Made by a program: the position numbers and the translations under genes. The notes beneath the pieces are model-generated. The model was given only the letters and a program-made list of their open reading frames with translations, had not been told where the DNA came from and made no database searches. A DNA stretch of 64,000 nt from Escherichia phage EC121. The stretch is from sequence record NC_054909.1. One strand, 5' to 3'. Positions 12,065 through 22,079 of the stretch are shown here, in pieces (the stretch's first letter is position 1; each line of letters starts with the position of its first letter).

Positions 12065-12745
12065 TTATTTTAATGTTACGAAAGAAGAATTGCGTGTTTC
12101 ACGAATTAGAACTGATCCGTCGCGATTAATGTAATAAATTAAGCTAAATAAAGTTTGGTGCGCCGACGCGTGTTCAAAACTAGTTGGGTGAGATTTCCAA
12201 TCCGGAGTTTCAGCAATCCACTGGTAAATCCACCAAGGAACGGTACAGAATCCTGGATTTTTTCCAATCAGTTGAAGATTCGGACTAAAGTTTTCCGGAA
12301 GAGTAAATACAGACGGCTTTTCAGATTCAATAATCTTATCTACAGCTTGTTCAAACTTTTCTTCAACAAAAGGAGTATCTTCAATCAAAACATCGGTATT
12401 TTCAGGAATTTTATCCGTTTCTACTACTTCAATTTTAATGTCAGATTTAACCGGAGAATCAATCAGAAGTGCTGCCTCTGGATTGACTTCTTCATCGTCA
12501 TATTTTAATCCGTCTGCAGCATCAGCAGCATCAATTAAGTCTTTAATAGATAACCCATCAGTCTCTGGCATAGGTTCACTAGCGAGCTTCTGGAGGGCTT
12601 CTTCAATATCATTAACGATATTATCAAAAGATTTATTCTTTTTGACTTTTATACCAAACTGTTCAGCATATTCAGCTAATTTAGCTTTAGCTTCTTTATT
12701 ATCATCAAGAGCCTTCAGCTCTGCAATATAATCTTTATCTATCAT
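12065..12745 (-). CDS. inh: Inhibitor of prohead protease Inh (formerly hoc.1)
   Basis: 226-aa ORF immediately downstream of hoc; T4 synteny. Confidence 0.8.
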   Translation of the reverse strand: MIDKDYIAELKALDDNKEAKAKLAEYAEQFGIKVKKNKSFDNIVNDIEEALQKLASEPMPETDGLSIKDLIDAADAADGLKYDDEEVNPEAALLIDSPVKSDIKIEVVETDKIPENTDVLIEDTPFVEEKFEQAVDKIIESEKPSVFTLPENFSPNLQLIGKNPGFCTVPWWIYQWIAETPDWKSHPTSFEHASAHQTLFSLIYYINRDGSVLIRETRNSSFVTLK

Positions 12746-12794
12746 AATATTTCCTCAGTATAAATATAGATATATTTATTACTCGGAAAATAGT

Positions 12795-13412
12795 ATGTAC
12801 CACTTTGTATATGAAACAACAAATCTAATAAATGGTAAAAAGTATATAGGAAAACACTCTACTGATGACTTGAATGATGGTTACCTTGGTTCCGGTAAGG
12901 CAATTCAGCAGGCTATAAAGAAATATGGTGAAAACAATTTCTCTAGAACAATACTAAAAGAGTTTAAAACTTCCGAAGAAGCGTACATGTATGAAGAAGA
13001 AATTATAACTCCTGAACTAATAAAAAGCAAAAATTATTATAATATGAAACCTGGTGGAATTGGTGGAATTGTTATGACTGCAGAGGTTATAGCAAAGATG
13101 AAAGAATCTTCCGCTAAGAGATTTGAAAACTCACCGGGCACGGTATTAGGTACAACTTGTTACACTAATGGAACTAAAAATATTTTTATTAAACCTGGAG
13201 AACTTGTTCCAGAAGGATTTGTAAAAGGGATGGTTCATCTTAATAGAAAGTCCAGAAAAGGATGTAAAGTCAAACCGACTACCACAGGAACTTTTTGGGT
13301 CAATAATGGAGCAATAAATAAATTAATACAACCAGACGGTATTATTCCCGACGGATTTATTAAAGGTCGTCTCATGAAAAGAGACTCTAAAGGCAAATTT
13401 AGTAAGGCATAA
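12795..13412 (+). CDS. segE: GIY-YIG homing endonuclease of the Seg family (T4 SegE position)
   Basis: N-terminal GIY-YIG-type motif (HFVYETTNLINGKKYIGKH); free-standing between inh and uvsW, where segE lies in T4. Confidence 0.75.
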   Translation: MYHFVYETTNLINGKKYIGKHSTDDLNDGYLGSGKAIQQAIKKYGENNFSRTILKEFKTSEEAYMYEEEIITPELIKSKNYYNMKPGGIGGIVMTAEVIAKMKESSAKRFENSPGTVLGTTCYTNGTKNIFIKPGELVPEGFVKGMVHLNRKSRKGCKVKPTTTGTFWVNNGAINKLIQPDGIIPDGFIKGRLMKRDSKGKFSKA

Positions 13413-13414
13413 TT

Positions 13415-14923
13415 ATGGATATTAAAGTACATTTTCACGACTTCAGTCATGTACGCATCGATTGTGAAGAGAGCACGTTCCACGAATTAAGAGATTTCTT
13501 TTCGTTTGAGGCCGATGGATATAGGTTTAATCCTCGCTTCAGATATGGCAACTGGGATGGACGAATCCGTCTTTTAGATTATAATCGCCTTCTTCCATTC
13601 GGTTTAGTCGGGCAAATTAAAAAGTTCTGTGATAACTTTGGCTATAAAGCCTGGATTGACCCGCAAATTAACGAAAAAGAAGAATTATCAAGAAAAGATT
13701 TTGATGAATGGCTTTCTAAATTAGAAATCTATTCAGGAAATAAAAGAATTGAACCGCATTGGTATCAAAAAGATGCAGTGTTCGAAGGATTAGTTAATCG
13801 TCGTAGAATTCTTAATCTTCCAACATCCGCAGGTAAATCTTTAATTCAAGCTTTGCTTGCTCGGTATTATTTGGAAAATTATGAAGGTAAAATTCTTATC
13901 ATTGTTCCAACAACTGCTCTGACAACTCAGATGGCTGATGACTTTGTTGACTATCGTTTATTCAGTCATGCAATGATAAAGAAAATCGGCGGTGGAGCAT
14001 CAAAAGATGATAAATATAAAAATGATGCACCAGTCGTTGTTGGTACATGGCAAACTGTAGTAAAACAACCGAAAGAATGGTTCTCACAGTTTGGAATGAT
14101 GATGAATGATGAATGTCATCTTGCTACAGGAAAAAGTATTTCATCTATCATATCAGGTTTAAATAACTGTATGTTTAAATTTGGTTTGTCTGGTTCATTA
14201 CGTGATGGCAAAGCTAATATCATGCAGTATGTTGGAATGTTTGGCGAAATATTTAAGCCAGTAACGACTTCTAAATTAATGGAAGATGGACAAGTAACTG
14301 AGTTAAAAATTAATAGTATTTTTCTTCGCTATCCCGATGAGTTCACTACTAAATTAAAGGGAAAAACTTACCAAGAAGAAATAAAAATTATTACTGGACT
14401 CAGTAAAAGAAATAAATGGATCGCTAAATTAGCTATTAAGCTTGCACAAAAAGATGAAAACGCTTTTGTCATGTTTAAACACGTATCGCACGGTAAAGCT
14501 ATTTTCGATTTAATTAAAAATGAATACGATAAAGTTTATTACGTATCAGGGGAAGTTGATACCGAAACACGCAACGTAATGAAAACCTTAGCTGAAAACG
14601 GTAAAGGAATAATTATAGTAGCTAGTTATGGTGTATTTTCTACTGGTATTTCAGTTAAAAATCTGCATCACGTTGTTTTAGCGCACGGTGTTAAATCAAA
14701 AATCATTGTATTACAAACAATCGGTCGTGTATTACGTAAGCACGGTTCTAAGACAATAGCAACGGTCTGGGACCTCATAGATGACGCGGGCGTAGTTTCT
14801 AAATCAAAAACATCTTCTAAAAAATACTCGCATTTAAACTATCTTTTAAAACATGGACTTGATCGTATTCAGCGTTATGCTGATGAGAAGTTTAATTATG
14901 TGATGAAAGAGGTTAAACTTTGA
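13415..14923 (+). CDS. uvsW: UvsW DNA/RNA helicase
   Basis: 502-aa ORF with helicase motifs (LPTSAGKS Walker A, DECH box). Confidence 0.92.
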   Translation: MDIKVHFHDFSHVRIDCEESTFHELRDFFSFEADGYRFNPRFRYGNWDGRIRLLDYNRLLPFGLVGQIKKFCDNFGYKAWIDPQINEKEELSRKDFDEWLSKLEIYSGNKRIEPHWYQKDAVFEGLVNRRRILNLPTSAGKSLIQALLARYYLENYEGKILIIVPTTALTTQMADDFVDYRLFSHAMIKKIGGGASKDDKYKNDAPVVVGTWQTVVKQPKEWFSQFGMMMNDECHLATGKSISSIISGLNNCMFKFGLSGSLRDGKANIMQYVGMFGEIFKPVTTSKLMEDGQVTELKINSIFLRYPDEFTTKLKGKTYQEEIKIITGLSKRNKWIAKLAIKLAQKDENAFVMFKHVSHGKAIFDLIKNEYDKVYYVSGEVDTETRNVMKTLAENGKGIIIVASYGVFSTGISVKNLHHVVLAHGVKSKIIVLQTIGRVLRKHGSKTIATVWDLIDDAGVVSKSKTSSKKYSHLNYLLKHGLDRIQRYADEKFNYVMKEVKL

Positions 14924-15612
14924 ATTATAAATTAATATACGATAATTTAATTAATAGAGCCCAGAATCGGGCTCGCCTTAATGGATACACTGAAACTCAT
15001 CATATAATTCCTAGATGTATGGGCGGTACAGATGATAAGTGTAATTTGGTAGAACTAACAGCTGAAGAGCATTTTATAGCTCATAAACTTTTAGCTAAAA
15101 TTCATCCAAACCATTACGGTATAATTAAAGCCGTTATATGTATGGGGATGAATTCAAAGACTCATGAAAGACACGTTAATAAATCTTACGCCTGGGAACG
15201 TCGTAAAATGGCAGAACTTCAATCAGGTGAAGGTAATCCATTTTACGGAAAACACCATACGGAAGAACATAAACAATATATGTCAAAACTCATGAAAAAT
15301 CGTCCAATTACATGGGGAAGTAAAATTAGTAAAACTAAAAGAATGAACCCAACAAAATGGACTGAAGAAGCTAAAAGATTGCATTCTATCAATCAATCAG
15401 GTAAAAATAATGGCATGTATGGAAGGAAACATTCCGCTAAATCTATTCAGAAAATTAAAGATAATATGCCAGATAATTCAGGAGCTAATAACCCAGCTGC
15501 TAAACCTATAGAAGTAAATGGTGTTAAGTATAAATGTATGAAAGATGCTTCTAAAGCTACTGGATTATCAATGTACAAACTAAGAATACTTAGAAAAACA
15601 GTTAATTTATAA
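14920..15612 (+). CDS. HNH homing endonuclease, MobE-like paralog, inserted between uvsW and uvsW.1
   Basis: 230-aa ORF; N-terminus closely resembles the mobE product in this window; HNH core ETHHIIPRCMGG...NLVELTAEEHFIAH; apparent TTG start at 14920 overlapping the uvsW TGA, with AAGAGG 7 nt upstream. Confidence 0.75.
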   Translation: MNYKLIYDNLINRAQNRARLNGYTETHHIIPRCMGGTDDKCNLVELTAEEHFIAHKLLAKIHPNHYGIIKAVICMGMNSKTHERHVNKSYAWERRKMAELQSGEGNPFYGKHHTEEHKQYMSKLMKNRPITWGSKISKTKRMNPTKWTEEAKRLHSINQSGKNNGMYGRKHSAKSIQKIKDNMPDNSGANNPAAKPIEVNGVKYKCMKDASKATGLSMYKLRILRKTVNL

Positions 15613-15626
15613 GGGCTTCGGCCCTT
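15611..15626 (+). terminator. UUCG-loop hairpin between the HNH gene and uvsW.1
   Basis: AAGGGC-TTCG-GCCCTT immediately after the HNH stop and before the uvsW.1 ribosome-binding site. Confidence 0.45.
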
Positions 15627-15637
15627 TGGAGAAAAAG

Positions 15638-15868
15638 ATGTTACTAGAATTTAAACAATTTCTTTATGAAGCTTCTATTGATGAATTTATGGGTAAAATT
15701 GCCTCTTGTCAAACATTAGAAGGTTTAGAAGAACTTGAAGCTTATTATAAGAAAAGAGTCAAAGAAACTGAATTAAAAGATACTGATGACATCTCCGTGA
15801 GAGATGCTTTGGCAGGAAAAAGAGCTGAATTAGAAGATTCAGACGATGAAGTAGAAGAAAGCTTTTAA
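15638..15868 (+). CDS. uvsW.1: UvsW.1 small acidic protein
   Basis: Start moved to ATG at 15638 (MLLEFKQFLYEA..., 76 aa as in T4); supplied ORF begins at an upstream TTG. Confidence 0.85.
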   Translation: MLLEFKQFLYEASIDEFMGKIASCQTLEGLEELEAYYKKRVKETELKDTDDISVRDALAGKRAELEDSDDEVEESF

Positions 15869-15877
15869 ATTAAAAAA

Positions 15878-15900
15878 GGCCCAACCAAAAAGGAAGGGCC
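15878..15900. terminator. Imperfect hairpin between convergent uvsW.1 and uvsY.-2
   Basis: GGCCC...GGGCC inverted repeat with an internal A-rich loop. Confidence 0.3.
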
Positions 15901-15923
15901 AAAACTATAGACTAAAGGTCACA

Positions 15924-16091
15924 CTATAGCAAAAGTTGTGTTTCATTTAATTGTTCTTCCGAACTTTCTGAAACTGGTAGTTCTTTAATGTAATTATAGC
16001 AAGGCCCAGGATGTACAGGACCTTTGTCTGTTTCAACAACCAATGCAGAATCGATTGGAGTTTTACAGACAACACAAATCTTATCTGACAT
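15924..16091 (-). CDS. Small Cys-containing protein (T4 uvsY.-2 position)
   Basis: 55-aa minus-strand ORF translated by hand (MSDKICVVCKTPIDS...PCYNY...), AGAGGAG Shine-Dalgarno upstream; below the ORF-track length cutoff. Confidence 0.55.
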   Translation of the reverse strand: MSDKICVVCKTPIDSALVVETDKGPVHPGPCYNYIKELPVSESSEEQLNETQLLL

Positions 16092-16119
16092 GATTGTCTC
16101 CTCTGAATTATATATCTAT

Positions 16120-16344
16120 TTATACAACTCTCATATGCATATCAATGCCCATATCTTTAGAATAAAAATATTCATCAAGATATCCGGCAAATTTTCCTTT
16201 AATATAAAGGACATCTTCACTGCACGGGTGGTCGGCCAGGATACGAATATCCTGACGCTTAAGATTATACTTTTTCATTAAGAATTGAATTTCCGTTTCA
16301 AATTCTTCTTCATAATTAAAAGCATCATCAATGTTATATCTCAT
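16120..16344 (-). CDS. Hypothetical protein (T4 uvsY.-1 position)
   Basis: 74-aa ORF; TAATG overlap with the uvsY stop. Confidence 0.7.
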   Translation of the reverse strand: MRYNIDDAFNYEEEFETEIQFLMKKYNLKRQDIRILADHPCSEDVLYIKGKFAGYLDEYFYSKDMGIDMHMRVV

Positions 16345-16757
16345 TATTTTCCAGCCTCAAATGCCCGCATGTCTTGAATATGCTTAATAGCAAATCCACG
16401 TGATTTAATAGCATCAAGAGCTCCGCTACAGAAATCTAATAAAATCCCCCAATACTGTAACGAGGTATCAACCTTTAAAACATCCTTATCAGCTGATAGA
16501 ACTGTTTTCATTTCTGATTTCTCATAACGATCCATACTAAATTCATCACCATCTCCTCGTCCCGAGTAGTAGTCTAATTTAGCTTTAAGAGCAACTTTTT
16601 TCTGTGCTTCAATTCTAAGCATTTCCTTTTTAATACTTGAATGCTTATTAAGCCATTTACTATATAACATCACATTATTAGCTGCTTCATACTGTAATTT
16701 AGTCGAATCTATAAACACATCTTTCTTCAATTCTTCTTGAAGATCTTCTAATCTCAT
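16344..16757 (-). CDS. uvsY: UvsY recombination mediator
   Basis: 137-aa ORF matching T4 UvsY. Confidence 0.93.
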   Translation of the reverse strand: MRLEDLQEELKKDVFIDSTKLQYEAANNVMLYSKWLNKHSSIKKEMLRIEAQKKVALKAKLDYYSGRGDGDEFSMDRYEKSEMKTVLSADKDVLKVDTSLQYWGILLDFCSGALDAIKSRGFAIKHIQDMRAFEAGK

Positions 16758-16797
16758 ATTGTTCTCTATTCAATTGTTATTGGATGGACTTAGATTC

Positions 16798-16823
16798 ATT
16801 ATACCACGTTTTAACGTGAAGCA
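16798..16823 (-). promoter_or_regulatory. T4 middle-type promoter for uvsY (MotA box plus -10)
   Basis: Minus strand reads ATGCTTCA, a 13-nt spacer, then TATAAT, about 40 nt upstream of the uvsY ATG. Confidence 0.55.
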
Positions 16824-17222
16824 TTATACTCTATTACTGGAAGCCAGTTGCAGTTTTATCTGCTCAATATCATCAGGGTTATCAATGACCGAAAAGCGTA
16901 TTTCTACTATCAGAGTATAATCATCATAAACTGGTATTACATTAACTGCTAATTTATCAATACGCGGCTCGTAGTTTCTTACTGCGCTTTCAATGTTACG
17001 CTCAACAGTATCAGCAGTAAGAGGAGTCATATTCTCAAAAAGCTGATCAGATAAATCACATCCAAATTCCGGGTCAAATGGTCTCGACCCTTTTCTGGTT
17101 GTAATAATTCCCAAAAGGCTATTTTTAATTGACCTTAATCCAAGAGATCTAGAAACATCTTTGTCCCAATCCATTTTCATTTCTGGGTCAATGTCAGAAT
17201 AAAGCTTATTAATATTTGCCAT
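16824..17222 (-). CDS. 25: Baseplate wedge protein gp25
   Basis: 132-aa ORF; T4 gp25 size and position. Confidence 0.9.
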   Translation of the reverse strand: MANINKLYSDIDPEMKMDWDKDVSRSLGLRSIKNSLLGIITTRKGSRPFDPEFGCDLSDQLFENMTPLTADTVERNIESAVRNYEPRIDKLAVNVIPVYDDYTLIVEIRFSVIDNPDDIEQIKLQLASSNRV

Positions 17223-17848
17223 TACAATAGCTCAAAGAATTCTTTGAGTCCTCTTATTACATGAGCGTGAGATTTTCCACACTCTGGACACTTAATTGGA
17301 ACAGCCAAATACACAGTAGGCTTTAAAAGCATATCTTTTATAGCTACAATATCTGACTCTGTGATGATAGAATATAAATCTTCCAACTCTTTTTCATTTA
17401 AGTCTTCAATTGGAATGCTTTCACCGTTAGCATGAATCGTTTCTATACATGATACTATCATGTGGGCTATATTTTTATCATCAAAAATTTTAGGGTAATG
17501 GAACTTAATTTTAATGTCACCCAGTGTATACCAGAGGTCTTCTGGTGCATCTATTTGTGTATGTAATAGATTTATATGGGTTGGTATTTCAGTTCCGCAG
17601 GTGCACTTCCAGGAGTTTTCGTGATTAACTTCGCCGAGAGAATGTGCCCATAAATGAATCAACAATAGTTCTGATTCTTGGCGGTTTAAATCTTTTGCAT
17701 TTGTGCAGTCTTTGATTAGCTTTTTAACAATTACTTCTACGGAACCATTATTTTTGGCAGTAATAAGTTCTAGATATTCTTTAAGCGTGAATGCGCGACA
17801 ATTGATTATTTTAGAACCAACTCTCACATCAAATTTGTATTCATACAT
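17222..17848 (-). CDS. 26: Baseplate hub protein gp26
   Basis: 208-aa ORF with AAGGAG Shine-Dalgarno; T4 synteny. Confidence 0.88.
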   Translation of the reverse strand: MYEYKFDVRVGSKIINCRAFTLKEYLELITAKNNGSVEVIVKKLIKDCTNAKDLNRQESELLLIHLWAHSLGEVNHENSWKCTCGTEIPTHINLLHTQIDAPEDLWYTLGDIKIKFHYPKIFDDKNIAHMIVSCIETIHANGESIPIEDLNEKELEDLYSIITESDIVAIKDMLLKPTVYLAVPIKCPECGKSHAHVIRGLKEFFELL

Positions 17849-17870
17849 ATTTTAGCTCCTTTATTTATCA

Positions 17871-17882
17871 TATTTATAAATA
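17871..17882. promoter_or_regulatory. Divergent back-to-back late promoters in a 12-bp palindrome
   Basis: TATTTATAAATA reads TATAAATA on both strands, between gene 26 (minus) and gene 51 (plus). Confidence 0.55.
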
Positions 17883-17899
17883 GAATAAAAGGAGCATCT

Positions 17900-18649
17900 A
17901 TGGCAAACATTATTCGTTGTAAATTACCAGATGGTGTTCATCGTTTTAAACCATTTACGGTAGAAGATTATCGAGATTTTTTGTTAGTTCGAAACGATAT
18001 AGAACATCGGTCACCACAAGAACAAAAAGAAATAATTACTGATTTAATTGATGATTATTTTGGAGACTATCCGAAGACTTGGCAACCATTTATATTTTTG
18101 CAGGTATTTGTAGGGTCAATAGGTAAAACTAAAGTACCGGTCACATTTGTATGTCCAAAATGTAAAAAAGAAAAGACAGTTCCATTTGAAATATATCAAA
18201 AAGAATTAAAGGAACCTATTTTTGATGTAGCTAATGTTAAAATTAAATTAAAGTTTCCTTCTGAGTTTTATGAAAATAAAGCAAAGATGATTACTGAAAA
18301 TATTCATTCTGTTCAAGTAGATGAAATATGGTATGATTGGAAGGAAATTAACGAGTCCAGTCAAATAGAACTAGTTGACGCCATCGAGATAGAAACATTA
18401 GAAAAAATTCTCAATGCAATGAATCCTATTAATTTAACTCTACATATGTCATGCTGTAATAAGTACATTAAAAAATACACTGATATAGTAGACGTGTTTA
18501 AGCTATTAGTTAACCCAGATGAGATATTTACTTTTTATCAAATTAATCACACACTCGTAAAAAGTAATTATAGCTTAAATTCAATAATGAAAATGATTCC
18601 TGCTGAGCGCGGATTCGTATTAAAACTGATTGAGAAGGATAAACAATAA
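17900..18649 (+). CDS. 51: Baseplate hub assembly protein gp51
   Basis: 249-aa ORF; T4 synteny. Confidence 0.88.
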   Translation: MANIIRCKLPDGVHRFKPFTVEDYRDFLLVRNDIEHRSPQEQKEIITDLIDDYFGDYPKTWQPFIFLQVFVGSIGKTKVPVTFVCPKCKKEKTVPFEIYQKELKEPIFDVANVKIKLKFPSEFYENKAKMITENIHSVQVDEIWYDWKEINESSQIELVDAIEIETLEKILNAMNPINLTLHMSCCNKYIKKYTDIVDVFKLLVNPDEIFTFYQINHTLVKSNYSLNSIMKMIPAERGFVLKLIEKDKQ

Positions 18650-19824
18650 TGAGTATGCTGCAACGCCCAGGATATCCAAATCTCAGCGTTAAATTATTTG
18701 ATAGCTACGACGCTTGGAGTAATAATAGATTTGTTGAATTAGCTGCTACTATTACCACATTAACTATGCGGGATTCTCTTTATGGCCGAAATGAAGGAAT
18801 GCTGCAGTTTTATGATTCTAAAAATATCCATACAAAAATGGATGGAAATGAAATAATTCAGATTTCTGTAGCTAATGCAAACGATATTAATAATGTTAAA
18901 ACACGAATTTATGGATGTAAGCATTTTTCTGTATCTGTAGATTCAAAGGGTGATAACATCATTGCTATTGAATTGGGAACTATTCATTCCATAGAAAATC
19001 TTAAATTTGGCAGACCGTTTTTCTCTGATGCAGGTGAATCTATAAAGGAAATGCTTGGCGTCATTTATCAGGATCGCACGTTATTAACTCCAGCAATAAA
19101 TGCTATAAATGCTTATGTTCCTGATATTCCATGGACTAGCACATTTGAAAACTATTTGTCGTATGTCAGAGAAGTTGCTCTAGCTGTAGGAAGTGACAAA
19201 TTTGTATTTGTGTGGCAAGACATCATGGGAGTTAACATGATGGACTATGATATGATGATAAATCAAGAACCGTATCCAATGATTGTCGGTGAGCCATCTT
19301 TAATAGGTCAATTCATCCAAGAATTAAAATATCCATTAGCATATGATTTCGTTTGGTTGACTAAATCGAATCCTCACAAACGCGACCCAATGAAAAATGC
19401 TACTATTTATGCTCATTCATTTTTAGATTCTTCATTGCCAATGATTACTACAGGAAAGGGCGAAAACTCTATTGTAGTGTCAAGGTCAGGTGCTTATTCT
19501 GAAATGACTTATAGGAATGGCTATGAAGAAGCTATTCGTCTTCAAACTATGGCGCAATATGACGGCTATGCTAAATGTTCTACTGTCGGTAATTTTAACT
19601 TGACTCCTGGCGTTAAAATTATTTTTAATGATAGTAAAAACCAATTTAAAACAGAATTTTACGTTGATGAAGTTATCCATGAATTATCCAATAATAATTC
19701 AGTAACTCATCTATATATGTTCACTAATGCAACGAAACTGGAAACAATAGACCCAGTTAAGGTTAAAAATGAATTTAAATCTGATACTACCACTGAAGAA
19801 AGTAGTTCTTCCAATAAGCAATAA
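18649..19824 (+). CDS. 27: Baseplate hub protein gp27
   Basis: 391-aa ORF; T4 size and position. Confidence 0.9.
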   Translation: MSMLQRPGYPNLSVKLFDSYDAWSNNRFVELAATITTLTMRDSLYGRNEGMLQFYDSKNIHTKMDGNEIIQISVANANDINNVKTRIYGCKHFSVSVDSKGDNIIAIELGTIHSIENLKFGRPFFSDAGESIKEMLGVIYQDRTLLTPAINAINAYVPDIPWTSTFENYLSYVREVALAVGSDKFVFVWQDIMGVNMMDYDMMINQEPYPMIVGEPSLIGQFIQELKYPLAYDFVWLTKSNPHKRDPMKNATIYAHSFLDSSLPMITTGKGENSIVVSRSGAYSEMTYRNGYEEAIRLQTMAQYDGYAKCSTVGNFNLTPGVKIIFNDSKNQFKTEFYVDEVIHELSNNNSVTHLYMFTNATKLETIDPVKVKNEFKSDTTTEESSSSNKQ

Positions 19825-20302
19825 AGAAGTTTCTATTCCTAAAATGGGTCTTAAACATTATAACATTTTGAAAGATGTTAAAGGTCCTGATGAAAATTTA
19901 AAACTTCTTATTGATTCTATTTGTCCGAATTTATCACCAGCAGAAGTTGATTTCGTTTCCATTCATTTATTGGAATTTAATGGAAAGATTAAATCTCGTA
20001 AAGAAATAGATGGTTATACTTATGACATTAATGATGTTTATGTATGCCAAAGATTAGAATTTCAATACCAAGGAAATACATTTTATTTTAGACCTCCTGG
20101 AAAATTTGAACAATTTTTAACGGTGAGCGATATGTTATCCAAATGCTTGCTTAAGGTCAATGATGAAGTTAAAGAAATTAATTTTCTTGAGATGCCAGCA
20201 TTCGTTTTAAAATGGGCAAATGATATTTTTACAACTTTAGCAATTCCTGGCCCTAATGGTCCAATAACCGGAATTGGCAATATTATTGGATTATTTGAAT
20301 GA
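19769..20302 (+). CDS. 28: Baseplate hub distal subunit gp28
   Basis: 177-aa ORF overlapping the 3' end of gene 27; T4 size. Confidence 0.85.
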   Translation: MNLNLILPLKKVVLPISNKEVSIPKMGLKHYNILKDVKGPDENLKLLIDSICPNLSPAEVDFVSIHLLEFNGKIKSRKEIDGYTYDINDVYVCQRLEFQYQGNTFYFRPPGKFEQFLTVSDMLSKCLLKVNDEVKEINFLEMPAFVLKWANDIFTTLAIPGPNGPITGIGNIIGLFE

Positions 20303-22071
20303 AAAAGCCACAAGAAATGCAAACGATGCGTAGAAAAGTTATTTCAGATAATAAACCAACACAGGAAGCGGCTAAATCCGCTTCTAACACTTTATCTGGA
20401 CTTAACGATATATCTACGAAATTGGATGATGCTCAAGCTGCTTCTGAATTAATTGCTCAAACTGTTGAAGAAAAATCGAATGAAATAATTGGAGCAATTG
20501 ACAATGTAGAAAGCGCAGTGAGTGATACTACTGCTGGTTCTGAGTTAATTGCTGAAACTGTAGAAATTGGCAACAATATTAATAAAGAAATCGGTGAATC
20601 ACTCGGAAGTAAATTAGATAAATTAACAAGTTTACTAGAGCAAAAAATCCAGACAGCTGGAATTCAACAGACTGGAACTAGTTTAGCTACGGTTGAAAGC
20701 GCTATTCCTGTTAAAGTTGTTGAGGACGATACAGCTGAATCTGTGGGTCCTTTATTACCGGCTCCTGAAGCAGTTAATAATGATCCTGATGCTGATTTTT
20801 TCCCTACCCCTCAGCCAGTTGAACCTAAACAAGAATCGCCAGAAGAAAAACAGAAAAAAGACGCATTTAACTTAAAATTATCTCAAGCTTTAGATAAATT
20901 AACAAAGACTGTTGATTTCGGATTTAAGAAATCTATTTCAATTACTGATAAAATATCAAGCATGCTATTTAAGTATACCGTCAGTGCTGCTATTGAAGCT
21001 GCTAAAATGACAGCAATGATATTGGCTGTTGTTGTCGGAATAGACCTGTTGATGGTTCATTTCAAATATTGGTCAGATAAATTTTCACAGGCTTGGGATT
21101 TGTTTAGTTCAAACTTTACTAAATTCTCTAGTGAAACAGGAACATGGGGTCCTTTATTACAGAGCATCTTTAGTTCTATTGATGAAATTAAAAAATTCTG
21201 GGAAGAGGGAGATTGGGGCGGTTTGACGGTAGCTATTGTAGAAGGGCTTGGAAAGGTTCTTTATAATTTAGGAGAACTTATTCAGCTTGGAATGGCTAAA
21301 TTATCTGCTGCAATTCTTCGAGTCATTCCTGGCATGAAGGATACCGCTGATGAAGTAGAAGGAAGAGCACTAGAAAATTTCCAAAATTCTACTGGAGCAT
21401 CTCTCAATAAAGAAGACCAGGAAAAAGTTGCAAATTATCAAGATAAACGAATGAACGGAGACCTTGGTCCGATAGCAAAAGGATTAGATAAAATTGCTAA
21501 TTGGAAAACTCGTGCATCTAACTGGATTCGTGGCGTTGATAATAAAGAAGCATTGACAACCGATGAAGAACGCGCAGCAGAAGAAGAAAAATTAAAGCAG
21601 CTTTCACCAGAAGAAAGAAAAAATGCTTTAATGAAGGCTAATGAAGCTCGGGCCGCGATGATTCGTTTTGAAAAATATGCTGATTCAGCTGATATGAGTA
21701 AAGACTCAACGGTTAAATCAGTTGAAGCTGCCTATGAAGACCTTAAAAAACGGATGGATGACCCGGATTTAAATAATTCACCGGCAGTTAAAAAAGAACT
21801 TGCTGCTAGATTTTCTAAAATTGATGCTACTTATCAAGAGCTCAAGAAAAATCAGCCTAATGCCAAACCTGAAACTTCTGCTAAATCGCCAGAAGCAAAA
21901 CAAGTCCAGGTAATAGAAAAGAACAAAGCACAGCAAGCTCCTGTTCAACAAGCATCTCCTTCGATCAATAATACTAATAATGTTGTTAAGAAAAATACTG
22001 TCGTTCATAATATGACACCCGTAACGAGCACGACTGCTCCTGGTGTATTTGATGCGACCGGAGTTAATTAA
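20299..22071 (+). CDS. 29: Baseplate hub and tail length determinator gp29
   Basis: 590-aa ORF; T4 size and position. Confidence 0.9.
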   Translation: MKKPQEMQTMRRKVISDNKPTQEAAKSASNTLSGLNDISTKLDDAQAASELIAQTVEEKSNEIIGAIDNVESAVSDTTAGSELIAETVEIGNNINKEIGESLGSKLDKLTSLLEQKIQTAGIQQTGTSLATVESAIPVKVVEDDTAESVGPLLPAPEAVNNDPDADFFPTPQPVEPKQESPEEKQKKDAFNLKLSQALDKLTKTVDFGFKKSISITDKISSMLFKYTVSAAIEAAKMTAMILAVVVGIDLLMVHFKYWSDKFSQAWDLFSSNFTKFSSETGTWGPLLQSIFSSIDEIKKFWEEGDWGGLTVAIVEGLGKVLYNLGELIQLGMAKLSAAILRVIPGMKDTADEVEGRALENFQNSTGASLNKEDQEKVANYQDKRMNGDLGPIAKGLDKIANWKTRASNWIRGVDNKEALTTDEERAAEEEKLKQLSPEERKNALMKANEARAAMIRFEKYADSADMSKDSTVKSVEAAYEDLKKRMDDPDLNNSPAVKKELAARFSKIDATYQELKKNQPNAKPETSAKSPEAKQVQVIEKNKAQQAPVQQASPSINNTNNVVKKNTVVHNMTPVTSTTAPGVFDATGVN

Positions 22072-22079
22072 GGAATAAT

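Noticed and set aside
16024-16281. Plus-strand 85-codon ORF in the uvsY.-2/uvsY.-1 region
   Set aside because: It overlaps two minus-strand ORFs that have Shine-Dalgarno sequences, T4 synteny and coupling to uvsY; the surrounding operon is minus-strand.
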